Assembly: GCA_964016885.1 (NCBI GenBank)
Contig: OZ024743.1
Coordinates: 132,742,001 to 132,806,000, forward strand
DNA: 64,000 nucleotides
Direction: 5' to 3'
DNA from: Eledone cirrhosa
Taxonomy: Eukaryota
Each line of letters opens with the position of its first letter. The stretch's first letter is position 1. Under the pieces are notes generated by a model. That model saw nothing but the letters and a program-made list of their open reading frames with translations. It made no database searches and was not told the origin of the DNA. A program made the translations under genes and the position numbers. Shown here in pieces: positions 1-12,339 of the stretch.

Positions 1-285
1 GGTGCTTGGTGTTTGGTGTTTGGTGTTTGGTGCTTGGTGCTTGGTGCTTGGTGTTTGGTGCTTGGTGCTTGGTGTTTGGTGACTGGTGCTTGGTGCTTGG
101 TGTTTGGTGTTTGGTGTTTGGTGCTTGGTGCTTGGTGCTTGGTGTTTGGTGCTTGGTGCCTGGTGCTTGTTGTTTGGTGATTGGTGCTTGGTGTTTGCTG
201 TTTGGTGCTGCGTGCTTGGTGCTTGGTGCTTGGTGCTTGGTGCTTGGTGTTTTGTGTTTGGTGTTTGATGCTTGGTGTTTGGTAT

Positions 286-1473
286 TTGGTGCTTGGTGCT
301 TGGTGTTTGGTGTTTGATGCTTGGTGCTTGATGCTTGGTGCTTGGTGCTTGGTGTTTGGTGCTTGGTGCTTGGTGTTTGTACTTGGTGTTTGGTGCTTGG
401 TGTTTGGAGCTTGGTGCTTGGTGTTTGGTGCTTGGTGCTTGGTGTTTGGTGTTTGGTGCTTGGTGTTTGGTGCTTGGTGCTTGGTGCTTGGTGTTAGGTG
501 TTTGGTGCTTCATGCCTGGTGCTTGGTGTTTGGTGCTTGGTGCATGGTGCTTGGTGCTTGGTGCCTGGTGCGTGGTGTTTGGTGTTTGGTGCTTGGTGTT
601 TGGTGCTTGGTGCTTGGTGTTTGGTGCGTGGTACTTGGTGTTTGGTGTTTGGTGTTTGTTGTTTGCTGTTTGGTGTCTGCTTTTTGGTGTTTGTTGTTTG
701 CTCTATGGTGTTTGCTGTTTCATGTTTGGTGTTTGCTGTTTGGTGTTTGGTGTTTGCTGTTTGGTGTTTGGTGCTTGGTGTTTGGTGCTTGGTGCTTGGT
801 GTTTGGTGCTAGGTGCTTCATGCTTGGTGCTTGGTGTTTGATGTTTGGTGCTTGGTACTTGGGGCTTGGTGTTTGGTGCTTGGTGCTTGGTGCTTGGTGT
901 TTGGTGTTTGATGCTTGGTGCTTGATGCTTGGTGCTTGGTGCTTGGTGTTTGGTGCTTGGTGCTTGGTGTTTGTACTTGGTGTTTGGTGCTTGGTGTTTG
1001 GAGCTTGGTGCTTGGTGTTTGGTGCTTGGTGCTTGGTGTTTTGTGTTTGGTGCTTGGTGTTTGGTGCTTGGTGCTTGGTGCTTGGTGTTAGGTGTTTGGT
1101 GCTTCATGCCTGGTGCTTGGTGTTTGGTGCTTGGTGCATGGTGCTTGGTGCTTGGTGCCTGGTGCGTGGTGTTTGGTGTTTGGTGCTTGGTGTTTGGTGC
1201 TTGGTGCTTGGTGTTTGGTGCTTGGTACTTGGTGTTTGGTGTTTGGTGTTTGTTGTTTGCTGTTTGGTGTCTGCTTTTTGGTGTTTGGTGTTTGCTCTAT
1301 GGTGTTTGCTGTTTCATGTTTGGTGTTTGCTGTTTGGTGTTTGGTGTTTGCTGTTTGGTGTTTGGTACTTGGTGTTTGGTGCTTGGTGCTTGGTGTTTGG
1401 TGCTAGGTGCTTCATGCTTGGTGCGTGGTGTTTGGTGTTTGGTGCTTGGTACTTGGGGCTTGGTGTTTGGTGC
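286..1473 (+). repeat. 594-bp tandem duplication (84 heptamers + one 6-bp unit), 2 copies
   Basis: Markers recur at +594: TTGATGC 314/908, TTGTAC 377/971, CTGCTTT 677/1271. ORF starts also match at 335/929 and 498/1092. Confidence 0.92.
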
Positions 1474-3840
1474 TTGGTGCTTCATGCTTGGTGTTTGGTG
1501 CTTGGTGCTTGGTGTTTGGTATTTGGTGCTTGGTGCCTGGTGCTTGTTGTTTGGTGATTGGTGCTTGGTGTTTGCTGTTTGGTGCTGCGTGCTTGGTGCT
1601 TGGTGCTTGGTGCTTGGTGCTTGGTGTTTTGTGTTTGGTGTTTGATGCTTGGTGTTTGGTGTTTGGTGCTTGGTTCTTGGTGTTTGGTGTTTGATGCTTG
1701 GTGCTTGATGCTTGGTGCTTGGTGCTTGGTGTTTGGTGCTTGGTGCTTGGTGTTTGTACTTGGTGTTTGGTGCTTGGTGTTTGGTGCTTGGTGCTTGGTG
1801 TTTGGTGCTTGGTGCTTGGTGCTTGGTGTTTGGTGTTAGGTGCTTGGTGTTTGGTGCTTGGTGCTTGGTGCTTGGTGTTAGGTGTTTGGTGCTTCATGTC
1901 TGGTGCTTGGTGTTTGGTGCTTGGTGCTTGGTGTTTGGTGCTTGGTGCCTGGTGCATGGTGTTTGTTGCTTGGTGCTTGGTGTTTGGTGTTTGGTGCTTG
2001 GTGTTTGGTGCTTGGTGCTTGGTGTTTGGTGTTTGGTGTTTGGTGCTTGCTGCTTGCTGCTTGGTGTTTGGTGCTTGGTGATTGGTGCTTGGTGTTTGGT
2101 GCTTGGTGCTTGGTGTTTGGTGCTAGGTGCTTGGTGCTTGGTGCTTGGTGTTTGGTGTTTGGTGCTTGGTACTTGGGGCTTTGTATTTGGTGCTTGGTGC
2201 TTCGTGTTTGCTGTTTGGTGCTTGGTGCTTGGTGTTTGGTGCTTGGTGTTTGGTGCTTGGTGCTTGGTGCTGTGTGGTTGGCGTTTGGTGCTTGGTGCTT
2301 GGTGTTTGGTGCTTGGTGCTTGGTGCTTGGTGTTTGGTGCTTGGTGTTTGGTGTTTGGTGCTTGGTGCTTGGTGTTTGGTGCTTGGTGCTTGGTGATTAG
2401 TGTTTGGTGCTTGGTGCTTGGGGTTTGGTGTTTGGTGCTTGGTGCTTGGTGTTTGGTGCTTGGTGCTTGGTGTTTGGTGCTTGGTGTTTGGTGTTTGCTG
2501 TTTGGTGTTTGGTGTTTGGTGTTTGCTGTTTGCTGTTTGGTGTCTGCTTTTTGGTGTTTGGTGTTTGCTGTATGGTGTTTGCTGTTTCGTGTTTATTGTT
2601 TGCTGTTTGGTGTTTGGTGTTTGGTGTTTGGTGTTTCCTGTTTGGTCTTTAGTCTTTGGTGCTTGGTGTTCGGTGCTTGGTGCTTGCTATTTGGTGTTTG
2701 GTGTTTGGTGCTTGGTGCTTGGTGTTTGGTGCTTGGTGCTTGGTGTTTGGTGTTTGGTGCTTGGTGCTTGGTGTTTGGTGTTTGCTGTTTGCTGTTTGGT
2801 GTTTGTTGTTTGGTGTTTGTTGTTTGGTGTTTTCTGTTTGGTGTTTGGTGTTTGCTGTTTCGTGTCTGCTTTTTGGTGTTTGGTGTTTGCTGTATGTTGT
2901 TTGCTGTTTGCTGTTTGGTGTTTGGTGTTTGGTGTTTGGTGCTTGCTGCTTGGTGTTTGGTGCTTGGTGCTTGGTGTTTGGTGCCTGGTGCTTGGTGCTT
3001 GGTGCTTGGTGTTTGGTGTTTGGTGCTTGGTGCTTGGTGTTTTGTGTTTGGTGTTTGGTTTTTGGTGCTTGGTCCTTGGTGTTTGGTGCTGGGTGCTTTG
3101 TGTTTGGTGCTTGGTGCTTGGTGTTTGGTGTTTGCTGCTTGGTGTTTGATGCTTGGTGCTTGGTGCTTGGTGTTTTGTGTTTGGTGCTTGGTGCTTGGTG
3201 TTTGGTGCTTGGTGCTTGGTGTTTGGTGCCTGGTGCTTGGTGCTTGGTGCTTGGTCCTTGGTGTTTGGTGCTGGGTGCTTGGTGTTTGATGCTTGGTGCT
3301 TGGTGTTTGGTGCTTGGTGCTTGGTGTTTGGTGCTTGGTGCTGGTTGGTTGGTGTTTGGTGCTTGGTGTTTGGTGCTGGGTGCTTGGTGTTTCGTGCTTG
3401 GTGCTTGGTCTTTGGTGCTTGGTGTTTGGTGTTTGGTGCTTGGTGCTTGGTGTTTGGTGCTTGGTGCTTGGTGTTTAGTGCTTGGTGCTTAGTGTTTGGT
3501 GCTAGGTGCTTGGGGTTTGGTGTTTGGTGCTTGGTGTTTGGTGCTTGGTGCTTGGTGTTTGGTGCTTGGTGTTTGGTGTTTGCTGTTTGCTGTTTGGTGT
3601 TTGTTGTTTGGTGTTTGTTGTTTGGTGTTTGCTGTTTGGTGTTTCGTGTTTGCTGTTTCGTGTCTGCTTTTTGGTGTTTGGTGTTTGCTGTATGTTGTTT
3701 GCTGTTTGGTGTTTGGTGTTTGGTGTTTGGTGCTTGGTGCTTGGTGTTTGGTGCTTGGTGCTTGGTGTTTGGTGCCTGGTGCTTGGTGCTTGGTGTTTGG
3801 TGTTTGGTGTTTGGTGCTTGGTGCTTGGTGCTTGGTGTTT
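1250..3840 (+). repeat. ~2.6-kb block with a dispersed copy at ~10680-13230 (offset ~9386-9428)
   Basis: Near-identical ORF translations at 1698/11126, 1712/11140, 1882/11310, 2127/11555 (+9428) and 3153/12553, 3293/12693, 3496/12896 (+9400). A rare TGTGTGG TTGGCGT marker is shared at ~2271 and ~11699. Confidence 0.88.
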
Positions 3841-6479
3841 GGTGCTTGGTGCTTGATGTTTGGTGCCTGGTGCTTGGTGCTTGGTGTTTGGTGTTTGGTG
3901 TTTGGTGCTTGGTGCTTGGTGCTTGGTGTTTGGTGCTTGGTGCCTGGTGCTTGTTGTTTGGTGATTGGTGCTTGGTGTTTGCTGTTTGGTGCTGCGTGCT
4001 TGGTGCTTGGTGCTTGGTGCTTGGTGCTTGGTGTTTTGTGTTTGGTGTTTGATGCTTGGTGTTTGGTGTTTGGTGCTTGGTGCTTGGTGTTTGGTGTTTG
4101 ATGCTTGGTGCTTGATGCTTGGTGCTTGGTGCTTGGTGTTTGGTGCTTGGTGTTTGGAGCTTGGTGCTTGGTGTTTGGTGCTTGGTGCTTGGTGTTTGGT
4201 GTTTGGTGCTTGGTGTTTGGTGCTTGGTGCTTGGTGCTTGGTGTTAGGTGTTTGGTGCTTCATGCCTGGTGCTTGGTGTTTGGTGCTTGGTGCATGGTGT
4301 TTGGTGCTTGGTGCCTGGTGCGTGGTGTTTGTTGCTTGGTGCTTGGTGTTTGGTGTTTGGTGCTTGGTGTTTGGCGCTTGCTGCTTGCTGCTTGGTGTTT
4401 GGTGCTTGGTGATTGGTGCTTGGTGTTTGGTGCTTGGTGCTTGGTGTTTGGTGCTAGGTGCTTGGTGCTTGGTGCTTGGTGTTTGGTGTTTGGTGCTTGG
4501 TACTTGGGGCTTGGTGTTTGGTGCTTGGTGCTTCGTGTTTGGTGTTTGGTGCTTGGTGCTTGGTGTTTGGTGTTTGGTGCTTGGTGTTTGGTGCTTGGTG
4601 CTTGGTGCTTGGTGTTTGGTGCTTGGTGCCTGGTGCATGGTGTTTGGTGCTTGATGCTTGGTGTTTGGTGTTTGGTGCTTGGTGCTTGGTGTTTGGTGCT
4701 TGGTGCTTGGTGATTAGTGTTTGGTGCTTGGTGCTTGGGGTTTGGTGTTTGGTGCTTGGTGCTTGGTGCTTGGTGCTTGGTTCTTGGTGTTTGGTGCTTG
4801 GTGCTTGGTGCTTGGTGTTTGGTGCTTGGTGCTTGGTGTTTGGTGCTTGGTGTTTGGTGCTTGGTGTTTGGTGCTTGGTGCTTGGTGCTTGGTGCATGGT
4901 GCTTGGTGTTTGGTGCTTGGTGTTTGGTGCTTGGTGTTAGGAGTTTGGTGCTTGGTGCTTGGTGTTTGGTGTTTGGTGCTTGGTATTTGGTGCTTGGTGC
5001 TTGGTGTTTGGTGTTTGGTGCTTGGTGTTTGGTGCTTGCTACGTGGTGCTTGGTGCTTGGTGTTAGGTGTTTGGTGCTTGGTGCGTGGTGTTTGGTTTTT
5101 GGTGCTTGGTGCTTGGTGTTTGGTGTTTGGTGCTTGCTGCTGGCTGCTTGGTGTTTGGTGCTTGGTGATTGGTGCTTGGTGTTTGGTGCTTGGTGTTTGG
5201 TGTTTGGTGCTAGGTGCTTGGTGCTTGGTGTTTGGTGATGATTGGTGCTTGGTGTTTGGTGTTTGGTGCTTGGTGCTTGGTGTTTGGTGCTTGGTGCTGG
5301 GTGGTTGGTGTTTGGTGCTTGGTGTTTGGTGCTGGGTGCTTGGTGTTTGGTGCTTGGTGCTTGGTCTTTGGTGCTTGGTGTTTGGTGTTTGGTGCTTGGT
5401 GCTTGGTGCTTGGTGTTTGGTGCTTGGTGCTTGGTGTTTGGTGCTTGGTGCTTAGTGTTTGGTGCTAGGTGCTTGGGGTTTGGTGTTTAGTGCTTGGTGC
5501 TTGGTGTTTGGTGCTTGGTGCTTGGTGCTTGGTCTTTGGTGTTTGGTGTTTAGTGCTTGGTGCTTGGTGTTTGGTGTTTGGTGATTGGTGCTTGGTGCAT
5601 TGTGATTAGTGTTTGGTGCTTGGTGCTTGGGGTTTGGTGTTTAGTGCTTGGTGCTTGGTGTTTGGTGCTTGGTGTTTGGTGATTGGTACTTGGTGTTTGG
5701 TGCTTGGTGTTTGCTGTTTGCTGTTTGGTGTTTTTGGTGTTTGCTGTTTGCTGTTTGGTGTCTGCTTTTTGGTGTTTGGTGTTTGCTCTATGGTGTTTGC
5801 TGTTTCATGTTTGGTGTTTGCTGTTTGGTGTTTGGTTTTTGCTGTTTGGTGTTTGGTCTTTGGTGCTTCGTCTTTGATGCTTGGTGTTTGGTGCTTGGTG
5901 CTTGGTGTTTGGTGTTTGGTGCTTGGTGACTGGTGCTTGTTGTTTGGTGATTGGTGCTTGGTGTTTGCTGTTTGGTGTTTGGTGTTTGGTGTTTGCTGTT
6001 TGGTGTTTGGTGCTTGGTGCTTGGTGCTTGGTGTTTGGTGCTTGGTGCTTGGTGTTTGGTGCTTGGTGCTTGGTGTTTGGTGCTTGGTGCCTGGTGCTTG
6101 TTGTTTGGTGATTGGTGCTTGGTGTTTGCTGTTTGGTGTTTGGTGTTTGCTGTTTGCTGTTTGGTGTTTGGTGCTGGGTGCTTGGTGTTTGGTGTTTGAT
6201 GCTTGGTGTTTGATGCTTGGTGCTTGGTGCTTGGTGTTTGGTGTTTGGTGTTTGCTGTTTGGTGTTTGGTGCTTGGTGCTTGGTGCTTGGTCTTTGGTGC
6301 TTGGTGCTTGGTGTTTGGTGCTTGGTGCTTGATGGTTGGTGTTTGTACTTGGTGCTTGGTGCTTGGTGTTTTGTGCTTGATTCTTGGTGTTTGGTGCTTG
6401 GTGTTTGCTGCTTAGTGCTTGATGTTTGGTGTTTGGTGCTTGGTGTTTGGTGCTAGGTGCTTGGTGCTTGGTGTTAAGT

Positions 6480-9400
6480 GTTTGGTGCTTGGTGTTTGAT
6501 GTTTGGTGCTTCATGCTTGGTGCTTGGTGTTTGGTGCTTGGTGCCTGGTGCATGGTGTTTGGTGCTTGATGCTTGGTGTTTGGTGTTTGGTGCTTGGTGT
6601 TTGGTGCTTGGTGCTTGGTGCTTGGTGTTAGGTGTTAGGTGTTTGATGCTTGGTGCTTGGTGTTTGGTGTTTGGTGTTTGGTGTTTGCTGTTTGGTGTTT
6701 GGTCTTTGGTGCTTGGTCTTTGGTGCATGGTGTTTGGTGCTTGGTGCTTGGTGTTTGGTGCTTGGTGCCTGGTGCTTGTTGTTTGGTGATTGGTGCTTGG
6801 TGTTTCCTGTTTGGTGTTTGGTGTTTGGTGTTTGCTGTTTTGTGTTTGGTGCTTGGTGCTTGGTGCTTGGTGTTTGGTGCTTGGTGCTTGGTGTTTGGTG
6901 CTTGGTGCTTGATGCTTGGTGTTTGTACTTGGTGCTTGGTGCATGGTGTTATGTGCTTGATTCTTGGTGTTTGGTGCTTGGTGTTTGGTGCTTAGTGCTT
7001 GGTGTTTGGTGTTTGGTGCTTGGTGTTTGGTGCTTGGTGCTTGGTGCTTGGTGTTTGGTGTTTGGTGCTTCATGCTTGGTGCTTGGTGTTTGGTGCTTCG
7101 TGCTTGGTGTTTGGTGCTTGGTGCCTGGTGCATGGTGTTTGGTGCTTGATGCTTGGTGTTTGGTGTTTGGTGCTTGGTGTTTGGTGCTTGGTGCTTGGTG
7201 CTTGGTGTTAGGTGTTAGGTGTTTGGTGATTGGTGCTTGCTGTTTGGTGCTTGGTGCTTGATGTTTGGTGCTTGGTGCTTGGTGTTTGGTGCTTGGTGTT
7301 TGGTGCTTGGTACTTGGGGCTTGGTGTTTGGTGCTTGGTGCTTGGTGCTTGGTGTTTGGTGCTTGGTGCTTGGTGTTTGGTGTTTGGTGCTTGGTGTTTG
7401 GTGCTTGGTGCTTGGTGCTGGGTGGTTGGTGTTTGGTGCTTGGTGCTTGGTGTTTGGTGCTTGGTGCTTGGTGCTTGGTGTTTGGTGCTTGGCGCTTGGT
7501 GCTTGGTCTTTGGTGCTTGGTGTTTGGTGTTTGGTGCTTGGTGCTTGGTGTTTGGTGCTTGGTGATTAGTGTTAGGTGCTTGGTGCTTGGGGTTTGGTGT
7601 TTGGTGCTTGGTGCTTGGTGTTTGGTGCTTGGTGCTTGGTGTTTTGTGCTTGGTGTTTGGTTTTTGCTGTTTGGTGTTTGGTGTTTGCTGTTTGCTGTTT
7701 GGTGTCTGCTTTTTGGTGTTTGGTGTTTGCTGTATCGTGTTTGCTGTTTCGTGTTTATTGTTTGCTGTTTGGTGTTTGTTGTTTGGTGTTTGGTGTTTCC
7801 TGTTTGGTGTTTAGTCTTTGGTGTTTGGTGTTTGGTGCTTGGTGCTTGGTGTTTGGTGTTTGGTGCTTGGGGCTTGGTGTTTGGTGCTGCGTGCTTGGTG
7901 CTTGGTGCTTGGTGCTTGGTGCTTGGTGTTTGGTGTTTGATGATTGGTGTTTGGTGTTTGGTGTTTGGTGCTTGGTGCTTGGTGTTTGGTGTTTGATGCT
8001 TGCTGCTTGATGCTTGGTGCTTGGTGCTTGGTGTTTGGTGCTTGGTGCTTGGTGTTTGGTGCTTGGTACTTGGTGTTTGGTGCTTGGTGTTTGCTGTTTG
8101 CTGTTTGGTGTTTGGTGTTTGCTGTTTGCTGTTTGGTGTCTGCTTTTTGGTGTTTGTTGTTTGCTCTATGGTGTTTGCTGTTTCATGTTTGGTGTTTGCT
8201 GTTTGGTGTTTGGTGTTTGCTATTTGGTGTTTGGTGCTTGGTGTTTGGTGCTTGGTGCTTGTTGTTTGGTGATTGGTGCTTGGTGCTTGGTGTTTGCTGT
8301 TTGGTGCTTGGGGCTTGGTGTTTGGTGCTGCGTGCTTGGTGCTTGGTGCTTGGTGCTTGGTTTTTGGTGTTTGATGATTGGCGTTTGGTGTTTGGTGTTT
8401 GGTGCTTGGTGCTTGGTGTTTGGTGTGTGATGCTTGCTGCTTGATGCTTGGTGCTTGGTGCTTGGTGTTTTGTGCTTGGTGCTTGGTGTTTGGTGCTTGG
8501 TACTTGGTGTTTGGTGCTTGGTGTTTGCTGTTTGCTGTTTGGTGTTTGGTGTTTGCTGTTTGCTGTTTGGTGTCTGCTTTTTGGTGTTTGTTGTTTGCTC
8601 TATGGTGTTTGCTGTTTCGTGTTTGGTGTTTGCTGTTTGGTGTTTGCTGTTTGGTGTTTGGTGCTTGGTGTTTGGTGCTTGGTGCTTGGTGTTTGGTGCT
8701 AGGTGCTTGGTGTTTGGTGCTTGGTGTTTGGTGTTTGGTGCTTGGTACTTGGGCCTTGGTGTTTGGTGCTTGGTGCTTCGTGCTTGGTGTTTGGTGCTTG
8801 GTGCCTGGTGCTTGTTGTTTGGTGATTGGTGCTTGGTGTTTGCTGTTTGGTGCTGCGTGCTTGGTGCTTGGTGCTTGGTGCTTGGTGCTTGGTGTTTTGT
8901 GTTTGGTGTTTGATGCTTGGTGTTTGGTGTTTGGTGCTTGATGCTTGGTGTTTGGTGTTTGATGCTTGGTGCTTGATGCTTGGTGCTTGGTGCTTGGTGT
9001 TTGGTGCTTGGTGCTTGGTGTTTGTACTTGGTGTTTGGTGCTTGGTGTTTGGTGCTTGGTGCTTGGTGTTTGGTGCTTGGTGCTTGGTGTTTGGTGTTTG
9101 GTGCTTGGTGTTTGGTGCTTGGTGCTTGGTGCTTGGTGTTAGGTGTTTGGTGCTTCATGCCTGGTGCTTGGTGTTTGGTGATTGGTGCTTGGTGTTTGGT
9201 GTTTGGTGCTTCATGCTTGGTGCTTGGTGTTTGGTGCTTGGTGCTTGGTGTTTGGTGCTTGGTGCCTGGTGCATGGTGTTTGGTGCTTGATGCTTGGTGT
9301 TTGGTGTTTGGTGCTTGGTGTTTGGTGCTTGGTGCTTGGTGCTTGGTGTTAGGTGTTAGGTGTTTGATGCTTGGAGTTTGCTGTTTGGTGTTTGGTGTTT

Positions 9401-10800
9401 GCTGTTTGGTGTTTGGTCTTTGGTGCTTGGTCTTTGGTGCTTGGTGTTTGGTGGTTGGTGCTTGGTGTTTGGTGCTTGGTGCCTGGTGCTTGTTGTTTGG
9501 TGATTGGTGCTTGGTGTTTCCTGTTTGGTGTTTGGTGTTTGGTGTTTGCTGTTTTGTGTTTAGTGCTTGGTGCTTGGTGCTTGGTGTTTGGTGCTTGGTG
9601 CTTGGTGTTTGGTGCATGGTGCTTGATGCTTGGTGTTTGTACTTGGTGCTTGGTGCATGGTGTTTTGTGCTTGATTCTTGGTGTTTGGTGCTTGGTGTTT
9701 GGTGCTTAGTGCTTGGTGTTTGGTGTTTGGTGCTTGGTGTTTGGTGCTTGGTGCTTGGTGCTTGGTATTTGGTGTTTGGTGCTTCATGCTTGGTGCTTGG
9801 TGTTTGGTGCTTGGTGCTTGGTGTTTGGTGCTTGGTGCCTGGTGCATGGTGTTTGGTGCTTGATGCTTGGTGTTTGGTGTTTGGTGCTTGGTGTTTGGTG
9901 CTTGGTGCTTGGTGCTTGGTGTTAGGTGTTAGGTGTTTGGTGATTGGTGCTTGGTGTTTGGTGCTTGGTGCTTGATGTTTGGTGCTTGGTGCTTGGTGTT
10001 TGGTGCTTGGTGTTTGGTGCTTGGTACTTGGGGCTTGGTGTTTGGTGCTTGGTGCTTGGTGTTTGGTGCTTGGTGATTAGTGTTTGGTGCTTGGTGCTTG
10101 GGGTTTGGTGTTTGGTGCTTGGTGCTTGGTGTTTGGTGCTTGGTGTTTGGTTTTTACTGTTTGGTGTTTGGTGTTTGCTGTTTGTTGTTTGCTGTTTGGT
10201 GTCTGCTTTTTGGTGTTTGGTGTTTGCTGTATCGTGTTTGCTGTTTCGTGTTTATTGTTTGCTGTTTGGTGTTTGGTGTTTGGTGTTTGGTGTTTCCTGT
10301 TTGGTGTTTAGTCTTTGGTGATTGGTGCTTGGTGCTTGGTGTTTGGTGTTTGGTGCTTGGTGCTTGGTGTTTGGTGCTTGGTACTTGTTGTTTGGTGATT
10401 GGTGCTTGGTGCTTGGTGTTTGCTGTTTGGTGCTTGGGGCTTGGTGTTTGGTGCTGCGTGCTTGGTGCTTGGTGCTTGGTGCTTGGTGTTTGGTGTTTGA
10501 TGATTGGTGTTTGGTGTTTGGTGTTTGGTGCTTGGTGCTTGGTGTTTGGTGTTTGATGCTTGCTGCTTGATGCTTGGTGCTTGGTGCTTGGTGTTTGGTG
10601 CTTGGTGCTTGGTGTTTGGTGCTTGGTACTTGGTGTTTGGTGCTTGGTGTTTGCTGTTTGCTGTTTGGTGTTTGGTGTTTGTTGTTTGCTGTTTGGTGTC
10701 TGCTTTTTGGTGTTTGTTGTTTGCTCTATGGTGTTTGCTGTTTCATGTTTGGTGTTTGCTGTTTGGTGTTTGGTGTTTGCTGTTTGGTGTTTGGTGCTTG
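6480..10800 (+). repeat. Diverged duplication: ~6480-8250 is repeated at ~9190-10800 (offset 2.5-2.7 kb)
   Basis: ORF pairs 6964/9678, 6999/9713, 7230/9944 (+2714) and 7944/10504, 8000/10560, 8014/10574 (+2560). Shared TAGGTGT-TAGGTGT doublets and TTGATTC marker. Confidence 0.8.
8100..10410 (+). repeat. ~2.3-kb block copied at ~15570-17850 (offset ~7416-7478) and again at ~18860-20950
   Basis: ORF sets 8378/15856/19138, 8434/15912/19194, 9678/17094/20453, 9944/17360/20719 and 10322/17738. Confidence 0.87.
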
Positions 10801-12339
10801 GTGTTTGGTGCTTGGTGCTTGGTGTTTGGTGCTAGGTGCTTCATGCTTGGTGCTTGGTGTTTGGTGTTTGGTGCTTGGTACTTGGGGCTTGGTGTTTGGT
10901 GCTTGGTGCTTCGTGCTTGGTGTTTGGTGCTTGGTGCTTGGTGTTTGGTGTTTGGTGCTCGGTGCCTGGTGCTTGTTGTTTGGTGATTGGTGCTTGGTGT
11001 TTGCTGTTTCGTGCTGCGTGCTTGGTGCTTGGTGCTGGTGCTTGGTGCTTGGTGTTTTGTGTTTGGTGTTTGATGCTTGGTGTTTGGTGTTTGGTGCTTG
11101 GTTCTTGGTGTTTGGTGTTTGATGCTTGGTGCTTGATGCTTGGTGCTTGGTGCTTGGTGTTTGGTGCTTGGTGCTTGGTGTTTGTACTTGGTGTTTGGTG
11201 CTTGGTGTTTGGTGCTTGGTGCTTGGTGTTTGGTGCTTGGTGCTTGGTGCTTGGTGTTTGGTGTTTGGTGCTTGGTGTTTGGTGCTTGGTGCTTGGTGCT
11301 TGGTGTTAGGTGTTTGGTGCTTCATGTCTGGTGCTTGGTGTTTGGTGCTTGGTGCTTGGTGTTTGGTGCTTGGTGCCTGGTGCATGGTGTTTGTTGCTTG
11401 GTGCTTGGTGTTTGGTGTTTGGTGCTTGGTGTTTGGTGCTTGGTGCTTGGTGTTTGGTGTTTGGTGTTTGGTGCTTGCTGCTTGCTGCTTGGTGTTTGGT
11501 GCTTGGTGATTGGTGCTTGGTGTTTGGTGCTTGGTGCTTGGTGTTTGGTGCTAGGTGCTTGGTGCTTGGTGCTTGGTGTTTGGTGTTTGGTGCTTGGTAC
11601 TTGGGGCTTTGTATTTGGTGCTTGGTGCTTCGTGTTTGGTGTTTGGTGCTTGGTGCTTGGTGTTTGGTGCTTGGTGTTTGGTGCTTGGTGCTTGGTGCTG
11701 TGTGGTTGGCGTTTGGTGCTTGGTGCTTGGTGTTTGGTGCTTGGTGCTTGGTGCTTGGTGTTTGGTGCTTGGTGCTTGGTGATTAGTGTTTGGTGCTTGG
11801 TGCTTGGGGTTTGGTGTTTGGTCCTTGGTGCTTGGTGTTTGGTGCTTGGTGCTTGGTGTTTGGTGCTTGGTGTTTGGTGTTTGCTGTTTGGTGTTTGGTG
11901 TTTGGTGTTTGCTGTTTGCTGTTTGCTGTTTGCTGTCTGCTTTTTGGTGTTTGTTGTTTGATGTATGGTGTTTGCTGTTTCGTGTTTATTGTTTGCTGTT
12001 TGGTGTTTGGTGTTTGGTGTTTGGTGTTTCCTGTATGGTCTTTAGTCTTTGGTGCTTCGTGTTCGGTGCTTGGTGCTTGGTATTTGGTGTTTGGTGTTTG
12101 GTGCTTGGTGCTTGGTGTTTGGTGCTTGGTGCTTGGTGTTTGGTGTTTGGTGCTTGGTGCTTGGTGTTTGGTGTTTGCTGTTTGCTGTTTGGTGTTTGTT
12201 GTTTGGTGTTTGTTGTTTGGTGTTTTCTGTTTGGTGTTTGGTGTTTGCTGTTTCGTGTCTGCTTTTTGGTGTTTGGTGTTTGCTGTATGTTGTTTGCTGT
12301 TTGCTGTTTGGTGTTTGGTGTTTGGTGTTTGGTGCTTGG

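Noticed and set aside
493-500. TTAGG (insect-type telomere pentamer) inside GTTAGGTG variants
   Set aside because: It arises from a single T>A change in a heptamer following a T-ending unit and never occurs as tandem (TTAGG)n.
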